From assembly GCA_023267595.1 (NCBI GenBank), contig JAHFNB010000004.1, positions 182-64,181 of the forward strand: a DNA stretch of 64,000 bases, given 5' to 3'. Each line of letters opens with the position of its first letter. Position 1 is the first letter of the stretch. The stretch comes from a bacterium. Its GTDB lineage: Bacteria; Patescibacteriota; Minisyncoccia; Phycocordibacterales; UBA5272. This document shows, one piece after another, positions 27,654-37,743 of this stretch. The position numbers were made by a program, and so were the translations under genes. The notes under the pieces are model-generated. The model was not told the origin of the DNA, ran no database searches, and worked only from the letters and a program-made list of their open reading frames with translations.

Positions 27654-28730
27654 ATGGATAAGAAACTCCGTGTAGCAATCAATGGATTTGGGCGCATTGG
27701 TCGTGCGTTTTTTAAAGTAGCGCTTGCACATCCAGACATTGAGATTGTCGCAGTGAATGACTTGGGAGACGTACATAATCTCGCATATCTTCTTCAGTAC
27801 GATACTGTATATCGCGTGTCTTCATTTGATGTGCACGCAGAGATACATGAGGAAAGTAAAGAGCAATATCTTGTTATCGAAGGTGATATAGATATGAAAG
27901 TAAAAGTGGTACAGGAAAAAGACCCTAACTTGCTTCCGTGGAAGAGTATGGAAATTGATGTCGTAGTAGAATCAACAGGACTTTTTACAACATATGATAA
28001 AGCACAGGCTCATATCACTGCAGGAGCAAAACATGTGGTAATCTCAGCGCCTGCAAAAGACGGAGTAGATACAACAGTACTTGGAGAGACCATTTTAATG
28101 GGGGTAAATGAAGAAAAGTTTGGTACATGTACTATAACATCAAATGCATCATGTACCACGAATGCCTCATCCCCACTTATTGCAATACTTGATGAGACAT
28201 TAGGTATTGAAAAAGCAATTTTAAATACAGTACACGCGTATACCGCATCTCAAAGTATTGTAGACGGACCAAATAAAAAAGATTTTCGTGAAGGTAGGGC
28301 TGCTGCACAAAATATTGTCCCATCATCAACTGGTGCAGCAATCGCAGTGACAAAAGCATTTACAAAACTAACGGGACTATTTGATGGAATATCTATGCGC
28401 GTACCAGTTCCTGCAGGTTCAATCGTGGATGTTACCTTTATTTCAAAAAAAGAAACGACTGTGGAAGAAGTAAATAAGATTCTCACAGAAGCCTCACGTA
28501 TAAATAGATGGAAAGATATTTTTACAGTTACAGAAGAAGAATTAGTATCTAGTGATATCTTAGGACTTCCGTTTGCATCTATTGCAGATCTCAAAATGAC
28601 GCGTGTAGTAGGGGGAAATTTGGTGAAAGTACTGGCGTGGTATGATAATGAAATGGGGTATACTCACACACTAGTCGCACACGTTTTAAAAGCAGGAAAG
28701 ACAATACAGACAGTAGACAGTAGACTGTAG
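27654..28730 (+). CDS. gap: glyceraldehyde-3-phosphate dehydrogenase
   Basis: NGFGRIGR NAD motif and active-site SNASCTTN. Internal ATG chosen; the ORF-track start at 27510 reads through tRNA-derived repeats. Confidence 0.9.
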   Translation: MDKKLRVAINGFGRIGRAFFKVALAHPDIEIVAVNDLGDVHNLAYLLQYDTVYRVSSFDVHAEIHEESKEQYLVIEGDIDMKVKVVQEKDPNLLPWKSMEIDVVVESTGLFTTYDKAQAHITAGAKHVVISAPAKDGVDTTVLGETILMGVNEEKFGTCTITSNASCTTNASSPLIAILDETLGIEKAILNTVHAYTASQSIVDGPNKKDFREGRAAAQNIVPSSTGAAIAVTKAFTKLTGLFDGISMRVPVPAGSIVDVTFISKKETTVEEVNKILTEASRINRWKDIFTVTEEELVSSDILGLPFASIADLKMTRVVGGNLVKVLAWYDNEMGYTHTLVAHVLKAGKTIQTVDSRL

Positions 28731-28750
28731 ACAACAGAGAATACAAGATT

Positions 28751-29107
28751 ATGTCCTCATACAAAGATTTAATTGTTTGGCAAAAATCTTATAAACTTTC
28801 GCTTTTGATTTATTCAATTACCAAAAAATTTCCTAAAGAAGAAATGTTTGGATTAGTTTCTCAAATGCGCCGAGCAAGTGTATCTATTCCAAGTAATATA
28901 GCAGAAGGTAATAATAGGTTTGGTAAAAAAGACAATGCACAATTTCTTAGAATTGCTTATGGCTCTGCATCTGAACTTGAAACACAGTTATCAATTTCTA
29001 AAGATTTGAAGTTTACTTCAGATAAGGAGTATACTGAAGCATCAGGATTACTTTCTGAAATCATGAAAATGCTCTACACATTATTAGTTCGGGTCTCTAA
29101 TGTCTAA
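28751..29107 (+). CDS. four-helix-bundle protein (TIGR02436 / 23S rRNA intervening-sequence protein family)
   Basis: DLIVWQKSYKL...FPKEEMFGLVSQMRRASVSIPSNIAEGNNR matches the family signature. Confidence 0.75.
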   Translation: MSSYKDLIVWQKSYKLSLLIYSITKKFPKEEMFGLVSQMRRASVSIPSNIAEGNNRFGKKDNAQFLRIAYGSASELETQLSISKDLKFTSDKEYTEASGLLSEIMKMLYTLLVRVSNV

Positions 29108-29113
29108 TGTCTT

Positions 29114-29575
29114 ATGTCTAAAGTCTATTTGGCTACTGATCACGCAGGATTTGAGTATAAGGAAGAAATAAAAAGTTACCTAGAAGAACACAACCATGAA
29201 GTTTATGATTGTGGAGCGCTTACCCTTGAGACAGGAGATGATTATCCAGAAATTATTGCGCGTGCTGCAGAAAAAGTACAAGATGATGCCAAGCATGATC
29301 CATCTATGGCAGTAATCTTCGGAGGGTCAGGAGTAGGAGAAGCAATTGTTGCTAATCGATTTCCACATGTACGAGCAGTTACCTTTTCTGGTGGTCCTCT
29401 TGATGTTATAAAAAAATCACGTGAAGATAATGATACGAATGTAATTTCAATTGGAGTGAGATTTGTGACAATTAATGAAGCAAAACAAGCAATTGATTTA
29501 TTTTTGGCGACACCTTTTTCACATCTTGAGCGTCATGCAGATAGAATTATTCAGATAGAAGAAGTTACACAATAA
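29114..29575 (+). CDS. rpiB: ribose-5-phosphate isomerase B (RpiB/LacA/LacB family)
   Basis: LATDHAGFEYK N-terminus, DCG, GGSGVGEAIVANR and the C-terminal ATPFS motif. Confidence 0.8.
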   Translation: MSKVYLATDHAGFEYKEEIKSYLEEHNHEVYDCGALTLETGDDYPEIIARAAEKVQDDAKHDPSMAVIFGGSGVGEAIVANRFPHVRAVTFSGGPLDVIKKSREDNDTNVISIGVRFVTINEAKQAIDLFLATPFSHLERHADRIIQIEEVTQ

Positions 29576-29577
29576 TT

Positions 29578-30237
29578 ATGCAAATTACCCCCGCAATACT
29601 TCCACATAGTTTTGAAGAAATTACAGAAAAACTTTCACGTGTTGAGGGTCTTGTATCACGTGTACAAATTGATTTATGTGATGGTGTCTTTGGTCGTGAA
29701 AAGACATGGCTCCCAACAGGTACAGAGACACTACCACAAGGATTTTCTTATGAGTTTGATATTATGATAAATCATTGGAATATATATGTTCCATATTGTA
29801 TTGCTATGGGGGCTACATGTATCGTTGCACACATGGATATGTTTTCAGATGAAGATATAGCAAGCCTGGTATCTATGGTTTCTTCACAATCAATATCTCT
29901 TGGTATTGCAGTATCAAATGATAAGAGTGTTGATTTTCATGCAGAAATGGTACGAAAAACAAAAGAATTATATCCTCATGTATTTATTCAAATTATGGGT
30001 ATTAATAAAATAGGTGAACAAGGACAATTTTTTAATGAAGAGACTCCGGAGCGTGTAAAGGAAATGAAAAAAAGATTTGGTGATATGGTAGTACAAGTAG
30101 ATGGTGGTATAAAACCGGACAACGCAAAACTTTTAAGTGATGTAGGAGTGGATGCACTCGTAGTTGGTTCATATATTTTTGGAAGAGATGATGCAGGAGC
30201 ATCACTTGAAGAACTTAATCTAGCAGTTAGTTCTTAA
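29578..30237 (+). CDS. rpe: ribulose-phosphate 3-epimerase-like TIM-barrel protein (divergent)
   Basis: Rpe-like pattern MQITPAILPHSFEEI...QIDLCDGVF...QVDGGIKPDNAKLLSDVGVDALVVGSYIF, sitting between rpiB and tkt. Confidence 0.6.
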   Translation: MQITPAILPHSFEEITEKLSRVEGLVSRVQIDLCDGVFGREKTWLPTGTETLPQGFSYEFDIMINHWNIYVPYCIAMGATCIVAHMDMFSDEDIASLVSMVSSQSISLGIAVSNDKSVDFHAEMVRKTKELYPHVFIQIMGINKIGEQGQFFNEETPERVKEMKKRFGDMVVQVDGGIKPDNAKLLSDVGVDALVVGSYIFGRDDAGASLEELNLAVSS

Positions 30238-30288
30238 TCTCTGTGTATTAACTATTTTCTACTGTCTTCTTTCTGATACACTGAGCAT

Positions 30289-31149
30289 ATGCATTCCCTC
30301 ACTGATGTAGAAGTACAAGCACTCACGTTACGTGCCGAAGATATACGTGAAAGTATTATAAAAATGCTTGTAGAAGCAGGAAGTGGTCATACTGCAGGAC
30401 CACTTGATATGACAGATATATTTACAGCACTTTATTTTCGTATTCTAAGGCATAATCCTCGTCATCCTGCATGGGCAGAACGTGATCGAGTTATTCTCTC
30501 AAATGGTCATATTGTTCCTGGATTATATGCAACACTTGCACATGCTGGATATTTTTCTGTATCTGAACTTAAGACACTTAGGAAGTTTGGTTCACGTTTA
30601 CAAGGACATCCACATCGTGAATCACTTCCTGGATTAGAGACAACATCTGGTCCTCTTGGGTGTGGGTTATCCCAAGCAATTGGGATGGCGCTTATGGATA
30701 GATTAGAAAATCATAAACCTGATAGATATTTTTATTGTCTCATGAGTGATGGAGAACTAGACGAAGGGCAGAATTGGGAATCTTTTTTATTACTTAATAA
30801 ATATAAACTTACAAAAGTGATTCCAATTATTGATAGAAATACTATTCAAATAGATGGATACACTGAAGACATTCTTCCACTTGAATCACTCAAAGATAAA
30901 TTAGAGAGTTTTAATTTTCATGTTATTGAAATAGATGGTCATAATTTTCGTGATATTGTACGTGCAGTTGGTGCAGCAAAAAGTAGTATGGATAAACCTA
31001 CAGTTATCATCGCACACACTATTCCAAGCAAAGGGGTACCTACATTTGAAGGAGATTATAGATGGCATGGTAAAGCACCGAGTGATGCAGAAGGGAAGGT
31101 AGCATTAAGAGAATTGCGTAGTATGCGAGGTAAAGTACAATATGATTAA
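30289..31149 (+). CDS. transketolase, N-terminal (TPP-binding) subunit of a split enzyme
   Basis: GSGHTAGPLDMTDIF, GHPH, and the TPP Mg-site DGELDEGQNWE. Confidence 0.85.
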   Translation: MHSLTDVEVQALTLRAEDIRESIIKMLVEAGSGHTAGPLDMTDIFTALYFRILRHNPRHPAWAERDRVILSNGHIVPGLYATLAHAGYFSVSELKTLRKFGSRLQGHPHRESLPGLETTSGPLGCGLSQAIGMALMDRLENHKPDRYFYCLMSDGELDEGQNWESFLLLNKYKLTKVIPIIDRNTIQIDGYTEDILPLESLKDKLESFNFHVIEIDGHNFRDIVRAVGAAKSSMDKPTVIIAHTIPSKGVPTFEGDYRWHGKAPSDAEGKVALRELRSMRGKVQYD

Positions 31150-31205
31150 AATAAAAATGTATAGGGTTGTATTTTCTACTACCTTTCACCTATCACCTAA
31201 TTAGT

Positions 31206-32192
31206 ATGTTAAGAGAAACATTATTTACAAGCAAAGAAGAAGAAAAGCCAACACGGGATGGATTCGGTGAGGGGCTTGTTAATGCTGGAAAGTTGGATGA
31301 TAGAGTTGTTGCATTGTGTGCAGATCTGACAGAGTCCGTACGAATGGATGCATTTCGTGTACAGTTTCCTTTACGATTTTTTGAAGTTGGTATTACTGAA
31401 CAAGCAATGTCAGGTGTTGCAAGTGGAATGTCATCTATGGGATATATTCCTTTTATGGCAAGTTACGCAATGTTTTCTCCAGGGAGAAATTGGGAACAGA
31501 TTCGTACGACAATTGCGTATAATAATCAACCAGTAAAAATAGTTGGTGCACATTCTGGTATATCAGTTGGGCCTGATGGTGCAACACATCAAGCATTAGA
31601 AGACATTGGACTTATGCGCATGATTCCAAATATGCATGTGTTTGTTCCGTGTGATGCAGTTGAAGCAAAGTTAGTTACAGAATACAGTGCAACGACCAAG
31701 TATCCAACATATATTCGTCTTACTCGTGAAAAGACTCCACTTATGTTACCTGAGTCACACAATTTTAATAATGGAAAATCCTATATCATGCATCTCGCAA
31801 AAATTAAAACAGGAGGTGAGTTTATCCATAAGGTTGGTGTGATAGCCTGTGGTCCGATTATTTATGAAGCATTAAAGGCAGCACGTGAACTTGAAAAGGA
31901 GGGGATAGGAGTAACTGTTGTGAATATGCCACAAATAAAACCGCTCGATACTGCTTTCTTACTTCGTTTTGTAAAAGATGTGAGATCAATTGTTACTGTA
32001 GAAGAACATCAAATATCCGGTGGACTTGGAAGTGCAATTACAGAATATCTCTCTCTACATCATCCAATACATATTGCACGCGTAGGAGTAGAGGATAGAT
32101 TTGGTCAAAGTGGAAAACCACAAGAACTTTATGAAGAATATGGCCTTACTTCAAAACATATAGCAGAAAAGATACGAAGTATTATTAGATAG
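31206..32192 (+). CDS. transketolase, C-terminal (pyrimidine-binding / C-terminal domain) subunit
   Basis: FGEGLVNAG...GITEQAMSGVASGMS...FSPG; internal ATG chosen. Confidence 0.85.
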   Translation: MLRETLFTSKEEEKPTRDGFGEGLVNAGKLDDRVVALCADLTESVRMDAFRVQFPLRFFEVGITEQAMSGVASGMSSMGYIPFMASYAMFSPGRNWEQIRTTIAYNNQPVKIVGAHSGISVGPDGATHQALEDIGLMRMIPNMHVFVPCDAVEAKLVTEYSATTKYPTYIRLTREKTPLMLPESHNFNNGKSYIMHLAKIKTGGEFIHKVGVIACGPIIYEALKAARELEKEGIGVTVVNMPQIKPLDTAFLLRFVKDVRSIVTVEEHQISGGLGSAITEYLSLHHPIHIARVGVEDRFGQSGKPQELYEEYGLTSKHIAEKIRSIIR

Positions 32193-33174
32193 TAGTTACT
32201 TTATAATTCTCCGGTGCTTTTTGTAAATATTCTTCTATTTTTTCTTGTGTGAGTAATCCTTCTTGTGCACCAACATGTTGTACAACATTCATACTGTTAA
32301 TAGGTGCGCGAGTAATTGCATGTTCCACATCTTTTCCTTGTGCTAGATATGCTATAAAGGTAGAAAAGAATGCATCACCGGCACCTGTACGTTCAAATGG
32401 TTTTGCAATATCTGGATAAATGGGCATATTCATATATTTATTTTCATTTTTTATAAAAGCACCATTATGACCATCTGTGATTATGGTAATTTTTGGCCCC
32501 ATATTTTGTAAGCCATCAAGTAATTCTTTTATATCTTTACCTTGTACATCAAGTAACAGTTCTGCTTCTTCTTTGTTTACACAAAGTATATCTGTTTCTT
32601 TGTATAAGGGAGCAAGTTCATCTTTTATACTAAGTTGAAATGTTCCTGGTTGAAAGGCTAGTTGTGTATCAGGATGAGAAGTCATGTAATTTGCAATTTC
32701 AAGATGTAATTCTTTGGCATGTTCACCGAGAGATGAAAGATATATCCATTTTGGAGTACCAATATTCGGTAATGATACAGTAAAATCAGTATGTTTTATA
32801 AGAATGGTTCTATCATCACCATGCCAGAGTACGTAATGGTAATTTGTACTTTTTCCTTTTTCTTGTGTAATAAATTGTGTAGATACTTTTTCTTGTTGTA
32901 ATTTATCTAGACACTCTTTTCCATGTTTATCATCTCCCAAAAAACTAACAAGTGCAGTTCTAAGCCCTAAGCGTGATGCAGATACAACAGCATTTGCACT
33001 ATTCCCAACTGCAGGAACTACAGTAACTGATTCATAAGGTACTTTTGCGCCATAAGGGAGACATAGTTGTGCGCCATTTGCAGATTCTTCGATATGACCA
33101 ATAGAAAGATGTATAAATGCATCGATAACAGTATCACCAATACCAATAAAATCAAGCGAAGAATCACTATTCAT
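32185..33174 (-). CDS. PfkB-family carbohydrate kinase (ribokinase / phosphofructokinase-B-like)
   Basis: C-terminal GAGDAFFSTFIAYL anion-hole motif and N-terminal GG dipeptide region. Confidence 0.75.
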   Translation of the reverse strand: MNSDSSLDFIGIGDTVIDAFIHLSIGHIEESANGAQLCLPYGAKVPYESVTVVPAVGNSANAVVSASRLGLRTALVSFLGDDKHGKECLDKLQQEKVSTQFITQEKGKSTNYHYVLWHGDDRTILIKHTDFTVSLPNIGTPKWIYLSSLGEHAKELHLEIANYMTSHPDTQLAFQPGTFQLSIKDELAPLYKETDILCVNKEEAELLLDVQGKDIKELLDGLQNMGPKITIITDGHNGAFIKNENKYMNMPIYPDIAKPFERTGAGDAFFSTFIAYLAQGKDVEHAITRAPINSMNVVQHVGAQEGLLTQEKIEEYLQKAPENYKVTTI

Positions 33175-33218
33175 ATAGATGGTAGTTTACCACTAATGAT
33201 TTGGTATACTGTGTTGAT

Positions 33219-34109
33219 ATGAAGTCACTTACCCCTCAAAGCGAAGTTTATTTTGAAATGATTAATGAATACAAACAAGCAGGGAAGGCTATCGCACATT
33301 TCAATATTTCTAATCTTGATCAGGCACGCGCAATCGCAGATATTGCTCAGGAATTAAAGCAACCAGTAATAATCGGAGTAAGTGAGGGTGAACGAACATA
33401 TATGGGAGTAGATATGGTACGCCATATAGTTAATGAATTAAATCAAGAATATGATATTGCTATTTTCTTAAATGCAGATCATACATATTCTTTTGAAAAG
33501 GTAGTAGAAGCAGTAGAAGCAGGATACGATAGTGTAATTATAGATGGAGCAAAACTCCCTTATGAAGAAAATGTAGAATTAGTTAAGAAATGTGTAGATT
33601 ATGTACGAAATTATGAAGCAAAGAAAGCAAAACGAGTCTTGATTGAAGCAGAACTAGGATATATTGGGCAATCATCATCATTAAATAGTAGTCTTCCAGA
33701 AGGGGTAAGTGAAGCAAATCTCACAACTGCTGATCAGGCGAAAGATTTTATTATTCGTACTGGAATAGATATGTTTGCTCCTGCAATTGGAAATGTTCAT
33801 GGAATGTTAATTGATGCACCAGAACCAAAGTTACATATTGATAGATTAGAAGAAATTAAACGTGCAGTAGATGTACCACTTGTACTTCATGGTGCAAGTG
33901 GAAATACAGATGATGATTTGAAACAATCTATTGATGCCGGAATTGTAATTGTGCACATCAATACAGAAATACGCAAAGCATTCCGTGATGGAGAGAAGGA
34001 TTTTATGGAAAAAAATCCAAATGAAGTTGCAGGATATAAGTTTGGAAAGGAGGGGCAAGATGAAATGAAAAAAGTGGTGCGTGCAAAGATGGAATTGTAT
34101 TCTTCATAA
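33219..34109 (+). CDS. fba: class II fructose-bisphosphate aldolase
   Basis: DHTYSFEKV, LHGASGNTDDDL and HINTE zinc/catalytic motifs. The alternative start is 33201. Confidence 0.85.
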   Translation: MKSLTPQSEVYFEMINEYKQAGKAIAHFNISNLDQARAIADIAQELKQPVIIGVSEGERTYMGVDMVRHIVNELNQEYDIAIFLNADHTYSFEKVVEAVEAGYDSVIIDGAKLPYEENVELVKKCVDYVRNYEAKKAKRVLIEAELGYIGQSSSLNSSLPEGVSEANLTTADQAKDFIIRTGIDMFAPAIGNVHGMLIDAPEPKLHIDRLEEIKRAVDVPLVLHGASGNTDDDLKQSIDAGIVIVHINTEIRKAFRDGEKDFMEKNPNEVAGYKFGKEGQDEMKKVVRAKMELYSS

Positions 34110-34111
34110 TC

Positions 34112-35002
34112 ATGAATAAACAAAAGTCAAAGATAGTTTTCTTTCTTGCAGCACTTCTCTGGGGAGCAAGTTATGCTTTTCAAAAACCACTACTTACTTT
34201 TATAGACCCTATTTCATTTACATTTTGGAATTTTCTTTTTTCTGGAATAGTTTTTCTTGTCTATGCACTTATTAAAAAGATTCCACTTACCTACAGATGG
34301 AGAGAGGGGATTATATTAGGTATATTTCTATCGGGAATGGAAATATTTGAAATGATAGGACTTAACCATACATCATCTGCAAATACAGTATTTCTTACAA
34401 ATCTCGGTATGCTCATTATTCCATATGTGAGTTTTTTGATATATAAAAAGAAAATAAAATTTGAAGATAACATTGCAATACTTCTTGCAATAGCGGGAAT
34501 GTACATGCTTGTTGGGGGACTCACTGGATTTAAGTATGGTGATGGTATTGTCCTTATCTCTGCACTTGCGAGTGCATTTTATTTCATTTACTCAGAACGA
34601 TTTGAAGGAGAAAAGAGTCATTATATTACAACGCTCTGTATTCAACAATTTTTTATTATCTCTATTATTTGTGCTATTTGGTGTATGTTTTCAAATATTT
34701 CGCTTACTGTTGTTCCAGAAATACGACTCACTGTGTTATGGCAAACAATAGCATTCACAACTATTCCTTTTGTAATTATTCAGTGGGCGTGTAAATGGGC
34801 AGACGAAATGATTGCAACTATTTATGATGGTGTTATCGAACCACTCACAGGTGCTATCTTTTCATGGATTATATTTCTTGAAGCAACAACAAAGATTCAA
34901 ATGTTGGGTGGTCTCATTATGATTTTCTCATTTGTATTTGCAGCAGTCTTTTCAAAGCGACATTACTTAGGACATTTTTTCCTACAAACATTTAAAAAAT
35001 AA
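34112..35002 (+). CDS. EamA/DMT-family transporter (10 TM)
   Basis: Two repeated five-helix halves, with no soluble domains. Confidence 0.6.
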   Translation: MNKQKSKIVFFLAALLWGASYAFQKPLLTFIDPISFTFWNFLFSGIVFLVYALIKKIPLTYRWREGIILGIFLSGMEIFEMIGLNHTSSANTVFLTNLGMLIIPYVSFLIYKKKIKFEDNIAILLAIAGMYMLVGGLTGFKYGDGIVLISALASAFYFIYSERFEGEKSHYITTLCIQQFFIISIICAIWCMFSNISLTVVPEIRLTVLWQTIAFTTIPFVIIQWACKWADEMIATIYDGVIEPLTGAIFSWIIFLEATTKIQMLGGLIMIFSFVFAAVFSKRHYLGHFFLQTFKK

Positions 35003-35025
35003 AGTGACCTCGCAGTTATGCGAGG

Positions 35026-35754
35026 TCAAATGTGTAGTTCTACTTCTTTCAAAAGCATCTGCATGAGGTTGCCTGCAGCAAAACGATCTGTATGTTTTCC
35101 TAGTTGCCCTTTTATTTCCAATTTTTGCAAAGTCTTTGAAAGTTCAGTTGCAAGAATCGAAAATTCACGAAGGGTTTCTTTTATTTTTCTGTCACGCTCT
35201 GGGTCTGGAAAGATGTTGAAGGTTTTTGCATTAACTATCCTGTCCCAGAATTTTATTTCAATTGCGGATGCCTTATGGCTTAAGTTCTTTTCTTCACGAA
35301 GAGTGATGAAGTAACGTGCGCGAAGTGCAGGATGTCTATGCTTTGTAATCAACTTGAGTATTTCTGCAACAGCATACCCAAAGTCTTTTCTTATTTTTTT
35401 TCTCATGATAGTGCGACGTCGCGGATTCTCTTCGTCTTCTATGTTGTCATGAAGAATTGTCGCAACAAGTTTTTTATATGTCATTCCACCACTTTCAATA
35501 CCAAAGTCTGCGACTTCAAGTGGATGAATGATATACGGTGTTGTTTTGTTCCACCGATATTGCCCTTTATGCCACTCTGCACTTAACTTGATAGCAAGGA
35601 TAACTTTTTCACCTTGCACTTTAGTGAAGTGAAGAGTAGTAAAGTCTATTACCTTTCTCACAATGTTGAAAATTTGTTCAAGTTCTTTTGCGTTTGTACA
35701 TGGTGTGAATGAGTCGATCTCACTCACGAGTAAAGCAATTTCCCTCGCATTCAT
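35026..35754 (-). CDS. HD-domain phosphohydrolase (RelA/SpoT-type (p)ppGpp hydrolase-like)
   Basis: HKGQYRWNKTTPYIIHPLEVA...ATILHDNIED matches the RelA/SpoT HD hydrolase motif. No synthetase domain. Confidence 0.65.
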   Translation of the reverse strand: MNAREIALLVSEIDSFTPCTNAKELEQIFNIVRKVIDFTTLHFTKVQGEKVILAIKLSAEWHKGQYRWNKTTPYIIHPLEVADFGIESGGMTYKKLVATILHDNIEDEENPRRRTIMRKKIRKDFGYAVAEILKLITKHRHPALRARYFITLREEKNLSHKASAIEIKFWDRIVNAKTFNIFPDPERDRKIKETLREFSILATELSKTLQKLEIKGQLGKHTDRFAAGNLMQMLLKEVELHI

Positions 35755-35854
35755 AGTGAGACCTCATGATTTAGTTGACAGGAAACGTCTATCTTTACAC
35801 TACAATAATTTTTGCACCAAGTCAATTTTAGAAAAAGTATGGTAGAGTACATAC

Positions 35855-37069
35855 ATGTTATTTTCATTTGAGATAGAAAAAAAGTCAGAGGAGTTTCCTC
35901 TTGCACGTGTTGGCATTATTCATACACCACACGGTGATATTCATACACCCGCCTTTATTCCTGTGGGGACAAAAGCAACAGTTAAAGCACTTACCGTTGA
36001 AGAAGTAAAAAAATATGTTGGTGGAGAAGCAGTACTTGCAAATACGTATCATCTCTATTTACAACCAGGAGATGAAATAGTTAAAAAACATGGTGGTTTT
36101 GCAAAGATGATGAATTGGCAAGGTCCTACATTTACTGATAGTGGAGGATTCCAAGTATTTTCACTAGGACAAGCATTAGGTCATGGAGTAAGTAAAATTG
36201 CTACGAGTGAAGAAATTTCACAACGTGAGGCAAAAGAAGAAACAACCAATCATGAAAAATTAGCAGTGATAGATGATGATGGAGTAACATTTAAATCAGT
36301 GATTGATGGGAGTACTCATAGATTTACCCCAGAGATAAGTATGCAGATACAACATAAGTTAGGTGCAGATATCTTTTTTGCATTTGATGAATGTACATCT
36401 CCGCTTGCACCTATTGAATATCAACAAGAGGCTATTGCACGCACTCACTCCTGGGCAAAAAGATCACTTGATGAACATAAACGTCTAGGGGTATCAGAAT
36501 CGACAGGAAAGCAACAAGCACTATTTGGTGTAGTGCAAGGTGGAGCATATGAAACATTACGAAAAGAATCAGCCACAGTCTTAGGGAAATTAGATTTTGA
36601 TGGATATGGAATAGGGGGAAGTTTTACCAAAGAAGATATGGGAACTGCAGTAAAATGGGTAAATGAAATATTACCAGAGAATAAACCTCGACATTTACTT
36701 GGAATAGGTGAGCCATTAGATATTTTACTTGGTATAGAAAATGGAATAGATACGTTTGATTGTGTGGCTCCTACTCGTATTGCACGTAATGGTGCGATAT
36801 ACACAAAAGATGGGCGTATTAATTTGTATAATGCAATATTTAAAAATGATATGTCACCATTATCAGATGATGAATCGTGGTATACACATGGGTATACCAA
36901 AAGTTATATGCATCACCTATTTAAAGCAGATGAAATGTTGGCAAGTACACTTGCTTCAATACATAATTTAAAATTCTTGGTAACACTATGCAATGATGCA
37001 CGAGAACATATTATCAAAGGGACATTTAAAGAGTTTAAAGAATCTTTTATTAAACAATACTATGCATAA
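35855..37069 (+). CDS. tgt: queuine tRNA-ribosyltransferase homolog lacking the zinc-binding Cys cluster
   Basis: LANTYHLYLQPG, catalytic FTDSGGFQVF and LLGIGEPLD are present. The CxCxxC...H zinc site is replaced by ESWYTHGYT. Confidence 0.8.
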   Translation: MLFSFEIEKKSEEFPLARVGIIHTPHGDIHTPAFIPVGTKATVKALTVEEVKKYVGGEAVLANTYHLYLQPGDEIVKKHGGFAKMMNWQGPTFTDSGGFQVFSLGQALGHGVSKIATSEEISQREAKEETTNHEKLAVIDDDGVTFKSVIDGSTHRFTPEISMQIQHKLGADIFFAFDECTSPLAPIEYQQEAIARTHSWAKRSLDEHKRLGVSESTGKQQALFGVVQGGAYETLRKESATVLGKLDFDGYGIGGSFTKEDMGTAVKWVNEILPENKPRHLLGIGEPLDILLGIENGIDTFDCVAPTRIARNGAIYTKDGRINLYNAIFKNDMSPLSDDESWYTHGYTKSYMHHLFKADEMLASTLASIHNLKFLVTLCNDAREHIIKGTFKEFKESFIKQYYA

Positions 37070-37074
37070 AAAAG

Positions 37075-37100
37075 AGCGGCTGTTGCCGCTCACAAAGTCC
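37075..37100. terminator. bidirectional terminator gagcggc-tgtt-gccgctc between tgt (+) and the 37110 gene (-)
   Basis: Hairpin flanked by A6 and T-rich sequence. Confidence 0.55.
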
Positions 37101-37109
37101 ATAAAAATC

Positions 37110-37508
37110 TTATGAAGGATTTATTTCTTGCTGAGGATTGCCCTTCCTTCGACTCTTTGTGTGTGTGAGATACAACATGAGGCACACAAGGAGAATTACG
37201 AAGGCAAAAAACATAAAAAGCGCAAGTGGCGGACTCACTAACTTTAGAAGTATGTATCCCACAAGAAAGATGAGGACGAGTATGGCTAGTGTTTCTGCCG
37301 ATATTGTACCTACAAGTGAGAACAAAGCAGCAAGACTATTTTTTTGGTTTTTCTTATCTTGCCCTTCTTGTTTTTTGTAGAATGATGCATAGACGTACCC
37401 CATGATAATGAGAATAAGGCCAAGTGCTCCTACTTCTCCTTCACCATGTGTAAACCATGTGTAAAAAAACACACACAGAAACAAAGAAAATATAAGAATA
37501 TCTTTCAT
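37110..37508 (-). CDS. small integral membrane protein (about 4 TM), hypothetical
   Basis: Internal ATG chosen; the longer ORF-track version adds a Cys-rich, non-membrane leader. Confidence 0.4.
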   Translation of the reverse strand: MKDILIFSLFLCVFFYTWFTHGEGEVGALGLILIIMGYVYASFYKKQEGQDKKNQKNSLAALFSLVGTISAETLAILVLIFLVGYILLKLVSPPLALFMFFAFVILLVCLMLYLTHTKSRRKGNPQQEINPS

Positions 37509-37540
37509 GGTTCCTCCGAATAATGTGTAAGAACAACATT

Positions 37541-37702
37541 TCATCCGTACGGTCTTGGCCATGTATCGCCAATCCATTCTGATATTTCGGGAAAGAAATA
37601 CAAGGCTAGTCCAATGAATACACATGCACAGATGAATGTAGATAGGGCAGGGACTCGATCTGATGCAAACCACAGAATGATTTCGTCTTCTTTAGGAAAC
37701 AT
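37541..37702 (-). CDS. small membrane protein (53 aa), hypothetical
   Basis: Short ORF with one hydrophobic helix; weak support. Confidence 0.25.
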   Translation of the reverse strand: MFPKEDEIILWFASDRVPALSTFICACVFIGLALYFFPEISEWIGDTWPRPYG

Positions 37703-37743
37703 ATGTCCTCCTATTGGTCTGTAAATTATGCTATAATTAGCAG

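Noticed and set aside
37110-37673. Full 187-aa version of the membrane-protein ORF
   Set aside because: The first 55 residues are Cys/His-rich, non-hydrophobic and overlap the tgt terminator; the internal Met at 37508 gives a coherent 4-TM protein.
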